This document shows positions 13,001 through 27,255 of a stretch of 64,000 nucleotides of DNA, one piece after another (position 1 is the first letter of the stretch; the number at the start of each line of letters is the position of its first letter). Both the position numbers and the translations under genes were made by a program. The notes under the pieces are model-generated. The model was not told the DNA's origin, did no database searches, and was given only the letters and a program-made list of their open reading frames with translations. The stretch is from assembly GCA_016748015.1 (NCBI GenBank), contig JAAOMT010000664.1, positions 1,611,892 to 1,675,891 on the forward strand, in the 5' to 3' direction. Source of the stretch: Geosiphon pyriformis uo1. Its lineage: Eukaryota > Fungi > Glomeromycota.

Positions 13001-16000
13001 TATTGAATTTGGCTAACAAAATAATTATTAAGCAATAATATAATAAGATTAAATGTCTTTTTAATAAACAGTTATCTAAATTTTTTCTGTTAAAATTGCT
13101 GGTTACTAAAGTAATAAAAATCTTAAAGTTAAGTAATATGTTTAAAACTGATTTTTTGCTTTATACTTAGTTGGTCATCAATAATAACAAAGTTTTTAAA
13201 ATATAGACTATAATTAAAAACAGTGTAAAATTAAATAAAATTTTGGACTGTTTATTAAAAATTTGGAAAAATTATCACAAATTAAAATTATGTAAATTTA
13301 AAATTGTTAAAGTGAATACTATTAAAAATACAATTAAAAAAAAATAAAAAATTTTTGTTTAAATAAAAACAATATGATCAAGAGTATATTAGAGAAGTTT
13401 TTTTACAAAGTAGTATTAAATTATCTAATGATTAAAAAAAAATTGATTCTAGAATTTAAGAATATTAAAACTAAGATTGATATAATTATAGAAAATTAGA
13501 CCAAGAAGTAGACAGTTTTTGGGTCTTTACTTAAGCTTTAAGTTAATTAATATGTTTTTTTAAATTATGTAAATAATAATATATTTTTAAATGTTATAAA
13601 TATTATTGGTTTTGAAAAATTGGTTTGGGTAGTTAAAAATTTGTTAAATAAGAAAGTTGCTGATCTGAGTGGTATTTTAATGAGTTGTGAAAACATTATA
13701 ATAACAATGTTTTTAAGTGTTTTTTAGACTTCTTAAATTTATATTTAACTTTATGTATAGTTCTAACTCTATAAAAAAGAGCATAAGTTTCAATAATACT
13801 TAAATTTTATAACTAAAATAAAATTTTAATGAATACTTAACCTATTATTCTGATTAAGACAATTAAAAAAATTTTTTTTATGATTCTCTTAGATTGAATT
13901 TTTTTTGTTTGCAGCAAATTTGGTGTTTTTTGCAAAGATAACTTTTCTGTTATAAAAGATACTTTAATATAAACTCTTATTTTTGTTGTTGATTTAATAA
14001 TCAAGACCATTTTAGAAAAAACAAAGAAATTTGGTTGGTTTTATAGAATATATATAAAGCATATAACTCTATTAGTTGATACTATTTGAAAACTAATTTG
14101 CAATATATCAAGATATATAAAAAATTTATTGGTTTTTTTGGTAGCATTTATAAAAACAAGATAAATAAGATTATAATAGACTTTGGTCTTATAAATAGAT
14201 ATTAGATACATAATAAACTGAATTAGAATAAGGTATTTTTTTCTCTTTTTTAAAGAATTTTTTATAATTTTTTTTTGTGTAAGATTAAGAAACACAAATA
14301 TTTGTGTAAATATTAAATTAATACCAAATTTATAGTCTAAAATAGACAAAGTAGAAGCAAAAAAAAGAAAAACTTTTTTTTTTGCAGCTAGTGCTTTTGT
14401 CAATAATATTATCTGAATTGAAAATAACCAAGCTTTTATATAATACATATTAAATATTGCCAGTAAATTTTTTTTGTTTAATGATATTTTAATTAACAAT
14501 AATAAGACAATGGCTATTTTCATTAAGCAAAAAGTTAAGAATGCTTTTTTGAAAATTAGTAAATTAATAATTTCAATCACTAAACATAATTTGCTATACA
14601 AATATTTAGAGATTTTTTTGTCAATAAATAGTTTGTTCAAGTTTAGTTTGGCCAAAGTTTAGTCTAATATCAAGTTTTTTCGAATATAGTGTTAAAAAAG
14701 TAGTTATAAATAAGCAATTTTTTTATCTAGTTTCAGCTGTTTTGTAGTTCATAGTTAAATATTAATTACAGTTTAGTTTTGTTTTTTCTGGAACTTGCTG
14801 TTAATAAGATGTTATAATTAGAAAATATTTTAAGTTTAAGACTGGTTTATTTTGTGATTTTTTTAATAAAACACTATATTATCTTTTGTTGTATAATCTA
14901 AAAAAATTTGAACAAATTTAAGCTAAAAAAAACTATTTCAACTCTTGCTTTTGTAAATAATATTAATATTCTCAATTGGCTCTTTAATTACAGATTTTTG
15001 GATCTACAGATTTTGGGTTAGACTTCTTTGAATTTTTTATAGCACTTAGTTAAATTGTGAGTCAATCTTTATAAAATGTTTTTGGCTAAAATAGTGCATA
15101 TTTTTTTGGACAATAGTTTTTTATTGATAAATAATTTGCCTTATATATTTTTTAGTCTTAACAAGTTTCTTATATTAAATGTTTTAAAAGCTTTATTGTA
15201 CTTTGATAAGATTGGTTTTTTGAAAAGATTTGGTGTGGCTTTTTGTGATAAGCTTTTGAATAAGCAAAACAAAGTTATAGATTAAAAAACATTTTGTTGT
15301 TAAAAAAATTGAATTTTAAGAAACTTGTGTCTTTTTAATTTGTTGTAACATTAAAGTTTTTGTATAATATTAACTTTGTGCCAGTATTTTCTGGTGTAAT
15401 TTTTGAGTTGATAAATAATAGTGTATTGTTAACAAATAAGTTTTTAACTTTAAAAAAAAGTTTGTATAAAGTTTGGTTAAATATAATTAATATGTATACT
15501 AATAAATTTCTAAAAAATTTGAATTTTTCTGTTGTTGTTGACAGAACTGTTATTTATTTTTCTAAGATAGATTTGGAAGTTAAAATCAGAATTTATGAAC
15601 TGCTATCTTTAATACTGGCTAAATTGCAGACTGTTGCTTTTTTTCTAAAATATATGCTTTTTTTATATACTGTAATTGTATATTTGGATAGCCAGACTGT
15701 TATAGATATTTGTATATCAGAATTGAAATCATCAAATTTTGATTTTAATACTAATGCTGAATGGAAAAAAAACATATTGTAAACTTGTTTAGAAATAAAG
15801 ATCTTTTAGTGATTTGATTAAAGATTAAGAAACATTCAAAAATTTTTTGCAATATTTGTGCTGATGTTTTGATAAATAAGACTGCTTGTTTTTTTTGTTG
15901 TTATTAACATATGTGAATATTTTATTAAAACTAATAGTTTGACAATGTTTGATAATATTTGTTATTTTGCTTATAATATATATAGATTAATAAATTGGAT

Positions 16001-16900
16001 CTATTAAAAACCTAGATCTGGTTTTAAAGTAATAAAAAAATTTTTAATTTATAAAATTAATTGAATTTAGACTCCTATAGTTTGACATATAAATTTACAT
16101 ATGCTTTTAGATTTTACTAATAAGATTTTAACTAATTTATATATATATTTTATAAAGACAATTCATAGAAGATTGTCTGTTATGATTAAAAAAGACTTTA
16201 CAACAAAAAATACTTGGGTGTTTTGTGTTTACAGTATGAGAAGATTGAATTTTTTGATTATGTATTTATATATTCAAAAAAAGTTAATTTTTACAAGAAT
16301 ATAGTACTTGACTAGATTATGGTTTGAAGATTTTTAATGGGATTTTATGTTTTATTGTCTTTTATAGTGGTAGAATCTTTTTTTTATGCTTGTTAGATAT
16401 TAGATTATATGTATTTTTTTGCAAAAACTTTATGTTCAAAGACTAGTACTATAAAACTATATATATATTCAATAATTTGAAAAAAATTATTCAGATCTTG
16501 GTTAATTTTGTGTATAAATTAAATAAATAATATTATTTTGAATTGTGAGAGTTTAGATTTAGATACAGAACTAATATAAAAAAATATAAGTTAATTGGTA
16601 ATAATAGAATAATACTTAATATATTTTATATTTTAATATTAGATTTGTTAAATAGAATAATTAAACTGATTAGTATTGATAAGTTATTTGGTGTTAATTT
16701 TGGTTTTTATAAATCTTGTTTGTTTTTTTCAGATTTAAATAGTAAAATTACTGTTTACATAAGAGTATAGTGTTGTTTTAATTAATTTGAATAATTAGTT
16801 ATATGTAAAAAAAACATAAATTATATTTAATTAGAATTTCAAGTTTTAATTTTATATATTAGATAGTAATTAAATTGTATTTATTAAACTTAATAAAAAT
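10100..16900 (+). mobile_element. LINE-C: near full-length but heavily C>T/G>A-eroded LINE (ORF1 ~10200-12110, ORF2 12107-16770, 3' tail)
   Basis: Colinear relics: CKKCKCFEY knuckle remnant; ILGENFNE; FFAASAFVNN (~AFVDD); LAKLQTVAFFL; YLDSQTVID; tail at 16771-16900 aligns to the LINE-B tail. Confidence 0.9.
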
Positions 16901-19360
16901 AAAAATAATAAAATATGTATTTTTATAAACTATTATAATATGATTATATATTAATAATTAATATTATATAAAATACATTATATTTTAGTTTTTTTTTTAA
17001 ATTAAATACAATTTATATATAATTAGATATAAATTTAAATTAAATTAAATTATATTATAATTAAAGAAAAAAATATACTTTAGAAAAATATTTTATTTAT
17101 AAAAACAATTAAAATACAATTATTTTTAATTATATTATTTATTTATTTAATAATATTATTTGTATTTAATTTAATATTAAAAATTTAAAATTATTAAAAA
17201 ACCAAATATTTTTTTATTAATTTTATTATTAAAAATATACATTTTTTTATTATTTTTAATATTATATTTTGTTTTTAATTTATTAATTTTCTTATACAAC
17301 TTACTTAATTTTATTTTAATTATAGCATAATTATTTTTTAATTTAGTATACAAAACAAAAAAAACATTAAGTAACTTAGTAATTAAAATAATTAAAGTAC
17401 TAATAAATTTAATAATAAATCTAATCAATAAAACTAATATAATTAATTTAAATTTCTAAAAAGTTAATTTAGAAATAATTATAAAATTTACAATAATAAA
17501 AATAACAAAAATAATTAAAAACATAATAGCAAAAAAAAACCAACAAAATAAATATTTTAATATATAACTTAATATTAATAAAATAAAATTCAAAATTTTT
17601 AAAACCAACTACAAATTTAAATAAAAACTTTAAAAAAATAAATAAAAATACTTTATAATTTACAATCAAATAATCTAAATCTTAATATTTAAAACAATAT
17701 TAATAATCAAAAATTTTTTATTAAATACATTATTTTTTAAAGTTTTAATTCTAAAAATTATAATATTTAAATTTTTTAAAAACCAAAAATAACAATTATA
17801 TATTATATAATTACTAAAAAAAATTAAAAAATAAAACAAATATAATTACAAACTTAAAAAACCAGCTTATTAATTTTAAAAACAATGTATTTAAATAAAA
17901 TTAATCAACTTAGTTTTAAAGATATTATAAAAGACAATAAATTTTTTTAATTAACAAAAAAAAATTCTGATATTGTTTTTAATTATTAAACTAATTAGCA
18001 ATTAAAACAATTATAATTATATTAAAACCTTAAAATAAACAATAATATATTGTTAAATATTAATAAATTTTAATATAGCTTAAAAAATATCTTTAATATT
18101 ATTAATAATAATACTATTAAATATATTTTACAAAATAATAGTAAAATTTTTAATCATATTTCACAGAATAATATTAATAAAAAAAAACAAATTCAAAAAC
18201 TATCATAGATTTAATAATTTTAAAAGTAAAAAAATAAACAAAACTAGTAAACTCAATTTTAATACCAATAGTTAAAAAAACTTAAAATATAAATTTTATA
18301 TAAAAAAAACTTATATTGTTTTTAAATACTGATTTTACATTAATAAAATTATGTACAAATTAATAGACAGTTTTAATATAAGCAATTTAATTTAAAAAAA
18401 CATTAAAATAAAGATTATTTATTCAAAATTTTTTTTTAAGTATTATTAAAGAAAATATTATTAAAAAACAAAAAAACCAAATTTAATTTTTATTTAATTA
18501 GTTTATATATTATAATCAAATAATTTAATTAATTAATTAATTAATTAAAAACATATGTAAAAATATAATTTGTTTTGCTTTTATAATTAATTAAAGACCA
18601 ATATATTAAACAATATAATTAAAAATTAATTTAAATCAAAGATTACCCAACATGTTTTTATTGCTATTATTTAAAACAAAAAACTTTTAACATTTTTAGT
18701 TATAACATAATTAAATATTATACAAATAATACAAAACTGACAAAAAAAGCCAAAAAAAACCAAAGCATTATTATTTATAATAAAAAAAACTAGTGTTAAA
18801 ATAACAAAATTAGCATTAAAAACACCAAAATTTTTTTTTAGCAATTTAAAAAAATTGTTATCAATAATAACAAAGAGTTAAAGAGATTGCTTCTTAGTTG
18901 TTTTGGTTATTTAAGCAGCAGTAAAAAAAAGAATAAAAGAAAAAAACAACTTAGTTATTGGCTTTTTATTAAATATTTTAAGGCTTTTGGTTATACCAGA
19001 GTTACTCCAAATGAACTTTTATAAAAAGATTGCAACTTTTTTACTTTTTGCTTTGGTTGTGGTCATAAAATTATTAAAAAAAAAGAGTTGTATATTTTTT
19101 AAAAAAAACATGATATTTAATTAAACCAATAAAAAAAAATAGTATGTGTAATTTATTAAAAAATTAGTTTTTTGAAAAGTAAAAATAAAGACAATTATAA
19201 TCTTAAAAATATCAAATAAAAAAATCATAGATTAAATTACAATTAATTATTAACATTTACATTTACATAATAATAAATTAACAAAAAATTTATTAAATTT
19301 TTAAAAAAAACTATAAATATATATATTAAAATAATTCAATTTTGAATAAAAAAATGATTT
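16900..19360. other. Extremely AT-rich eroded repeat relic (possibly LTR-retrotransposon derived)
   Basis: Near-total loss of C/G and no CpG seen; only compositional ORFs. Confidence 0.45.
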
Positions 19361-19370
19361 TTTTCATGTA

Positions 19371-19439
<69 letters not shown>
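19371..19439. repeat. (AAT)n microsatellite at the boundary between the TE block and the gene island
   Basis: Perfect AAT run; CpG dinucleotides reappear immediately to its right. Confidence 0.95.
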
Positions 19440-19440
<1 letters not shown>

Positions 19441-20130
19441 GGGAGAAAAAGCCATGATTATTATTTAACATCATACGTGTATTATTCATTTGCAAAAAAA
19501 AAAAAAAAGTTTTTTTCTGGTTAAACCAATTCTTAATGAGGCAACTTTGGAATGTTCAAAATGTTTATGCATCGAAAAAAAAAGTCCCTTACATGAGCAA
19601 ACAACGGTGATCGTTGTAGATCTGTGTTAATCATGGTAAACCTCACTCCAAACTCTAGAAACGGAGATTGCGATTCTACGCGTGGTAACTGGGTAACAAT
19701 GCAAGAAAAGAAATCCCGAAAGCACCAATGATGGGGGATCTGAAAAATAAAAAAAAAAGATGCGGGAAAAAAATATACAAGAATTTGAAAAAGAGAAAGG
19801 GCTAATCAATCGAATTTTAAATTTTCATTTTTTATTATTTTAATTTATTATTGTATTGTATTTTATTAGCTGGGAAAATTTAAACTTAAACTTCTTTTAA
19901 AGAAACCGAATGTAATTTGATGTGTAACATAACAATTTTTTAGAAGGTATGTGATTGTAACCTGAGATTGATAGGGTTCAATTTTATGCATTATTGTTTT
20001 TTTTTTCCTCAGGAATTGTGTTGAAACATGAAAACCGTTTTTTTGAATTTCAAATTTGGTCATATAAAGGTTCAAAAAAGAATAATTTTCAAAAATTCTT
20101 TTTGTTCTATCAGATTTATTTTATCAAGAT

Positions 20131-20229
20131 AGAAAGAAAGAAAGAAAGAAAGAAAGATAAAAAGAAAGAATAAAAGAAAAGAAAGAAAAGAAAGAAAGAA
20201 AGAAAAGAAAGAAAGAAAGAAAGAAAGAA

Positions 20230-20305
<76 letters not shown>
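20131..20305. repeat. (AAAG)n microsatellite
   Basis: Read directly. Confidence 0.95.
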
Positions 20306-20307
<2 letters not shown>

Positions 20308-20859
20308 AAAAGCTAAAAAGATGAGTGAAACTAAAAGAAGAAGATTGAAAATTCATGAAATTGTATACAACTGTCATCCCTAAAACAATTAACAAATTTT
20401 GTGTGAGGGTGTTCAAAATGAAAATGAAAAAAACCGCAGTCTCTACGTATTTCTTAAAAATCAAGAAATTAAATCAATCAATCAATCAACCAACCAACCC
20501 CCAATCAATCAACCAATCAATAAATCAACCAACCAACCGACCAATCAAGCAATCAAGTAATAAATCAATCAAGTAATAAATTCAACGATCACGATAATTA
20601 AATTTAATTCAAGATGAACACTAAATCGATTCTATGCATGAAAAAATTCTTGATAGTAACATGTTACGTTTTTAATATCTTGTTGGTGGTTTTGGAAATT
20701 GAATAATAATAAACTATGGAAAAAATGGATTTTTGATTTGCTAATCGCATTATTTACAATGTATGATTTTATCTAAAGTGGTACAATTGATAACGATGTA
20801 ATTTAAACTCGTGGATTATTCCAAAAAAAAAAAAACCGTGTGTGTGATATCTGTGTGTA

Positions 20860-20890
<31 letters not shown>

Positions 20891-21696
20891 ATGTATGTGT
20901 ATATGTGTATATGTGTATGTGTGTGTATATGATAAATTATTTTAACGATATTAGGGAATCATTTGAATTATGAATAGGGTGATATGAGAAAATATCTCGG
21001 AACAATGTTTAAAAATGTAAATTTTTTTTCTGATAGAAAATGAAATGAAAATTATTATTTTTCAAATTAAGAATTTACAACATTTAAAGGCTTATCTTTG
21101 TTATATCGTGATCAATATTACGACACAAAGTTATTTATCAAATATGTGACATGGGACCATAAAGTATACAAGGCAACTTCTAAAAAAGTTTTTATGCATT
21201 TTGTACCAGATTCTACATTCGACGATCCAGCCATTAACCAACCAACCTTAACCAGAAAATTGGCGGCACGTAATCAAACAAGCAGCATGGTCAAAGATAA
21301 AAAAAAAAAGAGTTTACTGAACCCTTGATTTACACGGCAAGCTCAACCCTAATTTCGTGTTACCTAATATCTCGGAGAATGATTATTGGTTATTTTAAGA
21401 TTTTATCAAAGGAAAAATATCGAAACCTTTTTTATTCTTTATTTTTTTAAAAAAAAAGCGGAGATTTTTTTTTAAGCATCATGTTCCTTTTTAGACAGGA
21501 ACGAGTGTGTTAAACAGAATTGGATTTTTGGTGTTTTGGGTGTTTAAGTGGTTAGTTTTGATCATGTATTATATTTATTGTTTATCTGTGTTTAGAAGCG
21601 GGGTTACAGGTACAGGTATATAATGTATGTATTATGCATTGTGAGAATCTGTATCCCAATATTTTCTAATTACCGTTCAGATAAAGTTTTTTTATG

Positions 21697-21734
<38 letters not shown>

Positions 21735-21939
21735 GATTAAATTTTTTTGATTGAATAAAATTAATTTGATTATAAAGCTTTAATTTCAACATCAGATATT
21801 ACGTTGTTCCTTTAATTAAAGGAACGCATGTGATTAATTTTTAAAGTTTGCATAATTCTATTACCGAACATGAAGATCATTTTAAATAATTATTTGTAAA
21901 ATTATTAAAGTTAAAGTTAAAGTTTCAGTGAGAGGATAT

Positions 21940-22043
21940 GTAATGGTAGTGGTGGTAGTGGTGGTGTTGGTGTTGGTGTTGGTGGTGATGGTAATGGTGG
22001 TAGTGGTAGTGGTAGTGGTAGTGGTGATAGTGAGTGATGGTAA

Positions 22044-22093
<50 letters not shown>

Positions 22094-22570
22094 ATTATAA
22101 TATTAGTGTGTTAATGGTAGTCGTAATGATGATAGAGTTCACAGGCGAGAATCACCGTTCACTCCTGCTTCACCAATTGAACACAAAAAAACCCTATGCA
22201 GACACAATAAAATTATTAATTAATTGAAATTAGAACAACGAATTATAATACGAGTTCAAGTGTTCAATAGAAAAATAATTATTTTTTTCCTAAAAAATCT
22301 ATTGAATTTCTAAACAGGAGCGAGTTTACAATAGAAATAGCAATATTAGTAGTAATATTAGTAATATTAGTAGTAATATTAGTAATATTAGTAATAGTAG
22401 TATTAATAATAATAATAGTAATAGCAGTAGTAGTAGTATTAGTAGTAGTAGTAATAGTAGTAATAGTAGTAGTAATAATAGTAGTAATAATAGTAGTAAT
22501 AATAGTAGTAGTATTAGTAATTGTAGTAGTAGTGTTAGTAATAGTAGTAGTAATAGTAGTATCAGTAGTA
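21940..22570. repeat. Compound (GGT)/(AGT)/(AAT)n microsatellite arrays
   Basis: Read directly; source of the spurious poly-V/S/T ORFs. Confidence 0.9.
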
Positions 22571-23757
22571 GATAAAGTGTGTGTTAAATCATTTTTAATT
22601 ATTTTAGAAAGAATAAAGGAAAAAAGATGGAGGGAAAAAATCCAAAAAAAGGTGGGCATGTATTACAAAATGGGGGAAAGTCATAAGTAAAATTTCGTCC
22701 TTCCTGAACAAATCAAGGTTAAACTAAAATTTAATTCGGAAATTAATAATATATAATTATCACGGGACATAAAAATTTCTCGTTCGATTTAAATGACCGT
22801 GCGTACTTGCATGCATGCATGGAAATTATCTCATTTACTGATTGGATCAAAATGAAGAATAAAATCACGTGGTATAATACATTGTTTAACAATAGGTGAG
22901 CAAACAAAAAAAAGTTTTTTTAAGGAAATATAAAAAAGCGATATCTAAATATTTACCAATAGCATTTCTCATGCATGTCGTGCAGATGGTCTGTGCGTTT
23001 GTATGGTTTTTCAAGTTTGAAAAGTTGGTAACTCGAATAAGGATCTATAATAAAATCCCCAATAGTGGTGGTGATGGTGGTAGTGATGGTGGTAGTGATA
23101 GTGGTAGTGATAGTGGTAGTGGTAGTGGTAGTTGTTGTAGTGGTAATGGTTGTGGTGGGTATATGTACATATTTTTTTGAAAAAACTTTATTACATCATG
23201 AGAAATTTCCTTTTTATTTTTTAATAGGTTCATTTTTTTTTGTTTTGATCGTGTCATCATTCGGTAAGGGTTAGTCTGGGGATATCTATTCTTTGAGAAG
23301 AAAAAAATTCACATAAGGTTATTCATGTGGGTAGTACAGTTTTAAATAAAAAAATATATTTTTATTTTTTATTTTTATTTTTATTTTTTCTTCAAACGTA
23401 TCTTATCTAGAATTAAAACATAATGACATCAAAAATAATGAATCATAATTTTTTTGGAAAACATTTTTCCCAAATTTTTTTATCGTATGATTTCAAATAC
23501 ACCAATCATCAATTTGATTTCAAATCCTTTTTTTTCAAAATATTTTGATTTAAAATCTTCTCACGTAAGCCCTTTTTTTACCTTTTTTTGACTTGAAAAG
23601 GAAAAAAAAGTGTGCAAAAGTAAATTTTTCATGAATTAAGAATAGACCAATTCCCATCATTTGGTTACGACAAACAAAAATTCTTTTAGAAGGAGAATGA
23701 CCTCAAACTAGCATTTCGGCATCAAAACTATGATGAAGATGAAGATTATTTTTATAA

Positions 23758-23798
<41 letters not shown>

Positions 23799-25683
23799 TT
23801 TATTTTTATTTCTTACAACAAAAAAAGGGGGGTTTAATCTTAATATATAGATTTACGAAAAAGAAATTTTGAATTGATTTTGAATAAAATCGACCGAATT
23901 TAAAAAATTTTAACTGGTTTTTCATTTGAACCAGTTATTAAATAAATAAATAAATAAATAAAAAGAATTCTTTATAATTTTTTTCATTTAATGTTTAAAA
24001 TTGCTTTAACCCTTCAAATGAACCAAGATGGGCTAACACTTTCTTAATTTTTTTTTTTTTAAGGGTTTTTTTTTTCATACCAAAAATAAATAAATCTAGA
24101 ACCGATTTGAATTAATTTAAATATTTTGAAATCCAATTCCCTTATTTCGTGATTAAATTTAAAAAGGAATTCCACATTTTTTTTCAACCAGTTGTTGTTG
24201 TTGTTGTTGTTGTTTATGTTACGGATTTCAAAATGAGCTTATTTTGTTTTTTCTTGTTCTAGATCCATTGGGTTTACCATATTAGCAAAGGATTTTTTGG
24301 ATAGTTAAAAAATTTAAAATTTTTTTTTTTTTTTTACTATTTAAGATTGATTTATTGATTTATTGATTTATTGATTCAATGGGTGGAGGTGGTAAGGAAC
24401 ATTTTGTGTGTTCTTTTTTTTAACGCCGTATGATCTTGAAAGAGAGAAATGCGCGATTTCTTTTTTGTTTTTTTTTAACCGCAGGAAAAGAATAATGGTT
24501 CGATTAGTTGAAACTAATCAATCAAAAATGGAAATTAGAATAGACTGAATGGAATAAATGAGATAGTTAATTAATCATTCGTTTTTTGTAGATCATTTAA
24601 AATTAAACTTGACTTTACTAGATTAGGGATTTATAAAAAATAAAGCTCCGATTACGATGATGTTAAATGATGATGATGATGATGATGATGATGATAATAA
24701 TAATATTAATAATAATACCTCACATTGATGGATGATGAATTTTAATCTCGGGGGTTTTTTCTTTCAAAAGTTCTCGATTAATTTATTTAATTTACCCGAC
24801 CATTCGAATTTTTTTTTGACATCAACAACACAAATAAAATGTGGGATAATTAATTTGGGCATCATTTGTATATTAAACAATCTTTGATAATGATTACATA
24901 AACTGCTTCGTTTTTCCAAAAAAAAAAAAAATCGCCGACCGACAGACTTGTAAAGTTGATAGATTGATCCCTTGAAGGATTTTTTTTATGATTATTATTA
25001 TTATTATTAAAAATTGTTTTAGACTCGGGGAAATCTTAAAAAATGAGGAACTAATAGGTATTGGTAGTGGAATAGCGATAGCGAAAAGGTTAGGAATAAT
25101 AAACATCTTTTTTATTTTTTTTAAGCCTTTTATTAATTTAATCCCTTCCTGGATTTAAATTCAGAATTTGATACGAGTTTTATTAATTAGAATTCAGAAT
25201 GGTCACCGAGATCAATTAATTAATTAATTGATTGATTGATTGATTGATTGATTGATAGAATTTTTGATTGATAGAATTTTTGATTGAGTGATTTATGCCT
25301 ATATTATTTGTCATACCACAAGAACATGCAATTATGATTCCTTTTGTTAATGTCACAATTTTTCTTAAGGATTAAAAATTTTATAATTTTCCAAGCATTG
25401 AAAAAAAAAAGTTCAAATCTCGGTTTCAATCGTACACAATTTAACTTCTTTTTCACAATCTTATGGTGAAACCATTGCTACAAATCAACTATCGTTAGAG
25501 TGATTTCAAAAATAATAATAATAATAATAATAATAAAAGTTTTTCCTTTATCGCGTGCAAAAATAATTTATTAGTAGTAATAGTAGTAGTAGTAGTAGTA
25601 CTAAAACTAGATTTCATGCTGTACTAGTAGTAGTACTAGTAGTGGTAGTAGTAGTAGTAGTAGTAGTAGTAATAGTAGTATTA

Positions 25684-25722
<39 letters not shown>

Positions 25723-26393
25723 GTGGCAGTAGTTATTGTAATATATTTTTTGTTTTACAATTACGTTTCATACACTGATATTTTTGGCATTTTATCCTCG
25801 ATTCAGGGTCAGTCACATTGCTTCGTCATCATTATCACCATCATAATCAACTACTATTAGTAAAATTTAAAGTTTGACAAAAATTAAATTTTAATTAAAA
25901 TTGATGGTCAAACACATTATGGTAAATTGGTTGATCAATGGGCCCGTTTCATGAATGTGTGTGTGTGTAACAGAAATCTCTCCTAAATTGCCGATATTTA
26001 AATTTGTAATAGTTTAAAAAGAGATATACCCTACCTACCTACCTACCTACCTACTTACCTACCTACTTACCTACATCATATATATTTATTAACTTGTAAA
26101 AGATGCAAACAAAAAATAACTGGTTAGATTGATTAACATCAAACATATTTTCGGTTAGAAGAAATAGTTTCAATTCAATTCAATTCGGTTCTCAAAAGAT
26201 TGTAGTGATTAATGTTGATGATTATATTGATGACAATTTTAACTAATTAATAATTATTTTGATGATTTTCCAAATAAAATTTTTTTACTACGATGATGAG
26301 AAACACCAAGAGAGAGAGAGAGAGAGAGAGAGAGAATGTTTTTTTTTTTTTTTTTTTAAAATGATTTATAAATTTTTTTTTTTTTTTTTTTTT

Positions 26394-26907
26394 NNNNNNN
26401 NNNNNNNNNNNNNNNNNNNNNNNNNNNNNNNNNNNNNNNNNNNNNNNNNNNNNNNNNNNNNNNNNNNNNNNNNNNNNNNNNNNNNNNNNNNNNNNNNNNN
26501 NNNNNNNNNNNNNNNNNNNNNNNNNNNNNNNNNNNNNNNNNNNNNNNNNNNNNNNNNNNNNNNNNNNNNNNNNNNNNNNNNNNNNNNNNNNNNNNNNNNN
26601 NNNNNNNNNNNNNNNNNNNNNNNNNNNNNNNNNNNNNNNNNNNNNNNNNNNNNNNNNNNNNNNNNNNNNNNNNNNNNNNNNNNNNNNNNNNNNNNNNNNN
26701 NNNNNNNNNNNNNNNNNNNNNNNNNNNNNNNNNNNNNNNNNNNNNNNNNNNNNNNNNNNNNNNNNNNNNNNNNNNNNNNNNNNNNNNNNNNNNNNNNNNN
26801 NNNNNNNNNNNNNNNNNNNNNNNNNNNNNNNNNNNNNNNNNNNNNNNNNNNNNNNNNNNNNNNNNNNNNNNNNNNNNNNNNNNNNNNNNNNNNNNNNNNN
26901 NNNNNNN
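26394..26907. other. Assembly gap (N run)
   Basis: N characters. Confidence 1.
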
Positions 26908-27049
26908 GAACCTTAAATCCCATAAAAAAAATTTAAAATAAATACTCGTTACCTATTCTTTTTTTTTTTTTTTAATTAAATTTTTTTTGATCTTTTTTTT
27001 TTTGGTGAAAAAAGGAAAACTATCTTTTTTATTTTATAATTTAATAATT

Positions 27050-27255
27050 TTATTTTCCTTCTTTTCTTTCTTTCTTTCTCCCGTCTCTCTTCGTTTTTTT
27101 AAATCTATTTCTTCTTATTCTTATTCTTATTCTTCTTATTCTTATTCTTATTCTTCTTTTTCTTATTCTTTTTCTTCTTTTTCTTCTTTTTCTTCTTCTT
27201 TTTTTCTTCTTCTTCTTCTTCTTCTTCTTCTTCTTCTTCTTCTTCTTCTTCTTTT
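27050..27255 (+). promoter_or_regulatory. Polypyrimidine (TCT)n tract, candidate CT-rich transcription-start region of the zinc-finger gene
   Basis: About 200-nt pyrimidine-rich tract near the start of the AUG-free region; CT tracts flank many fungal TSSs (inference). Confidence 0.4.

Noticed and set aside
26259-26936. ORFs spanning the N run (also 41018-41248)
   Set aside because: Gap artefacts; only the YNADETGL frame near 41035 is meaningful
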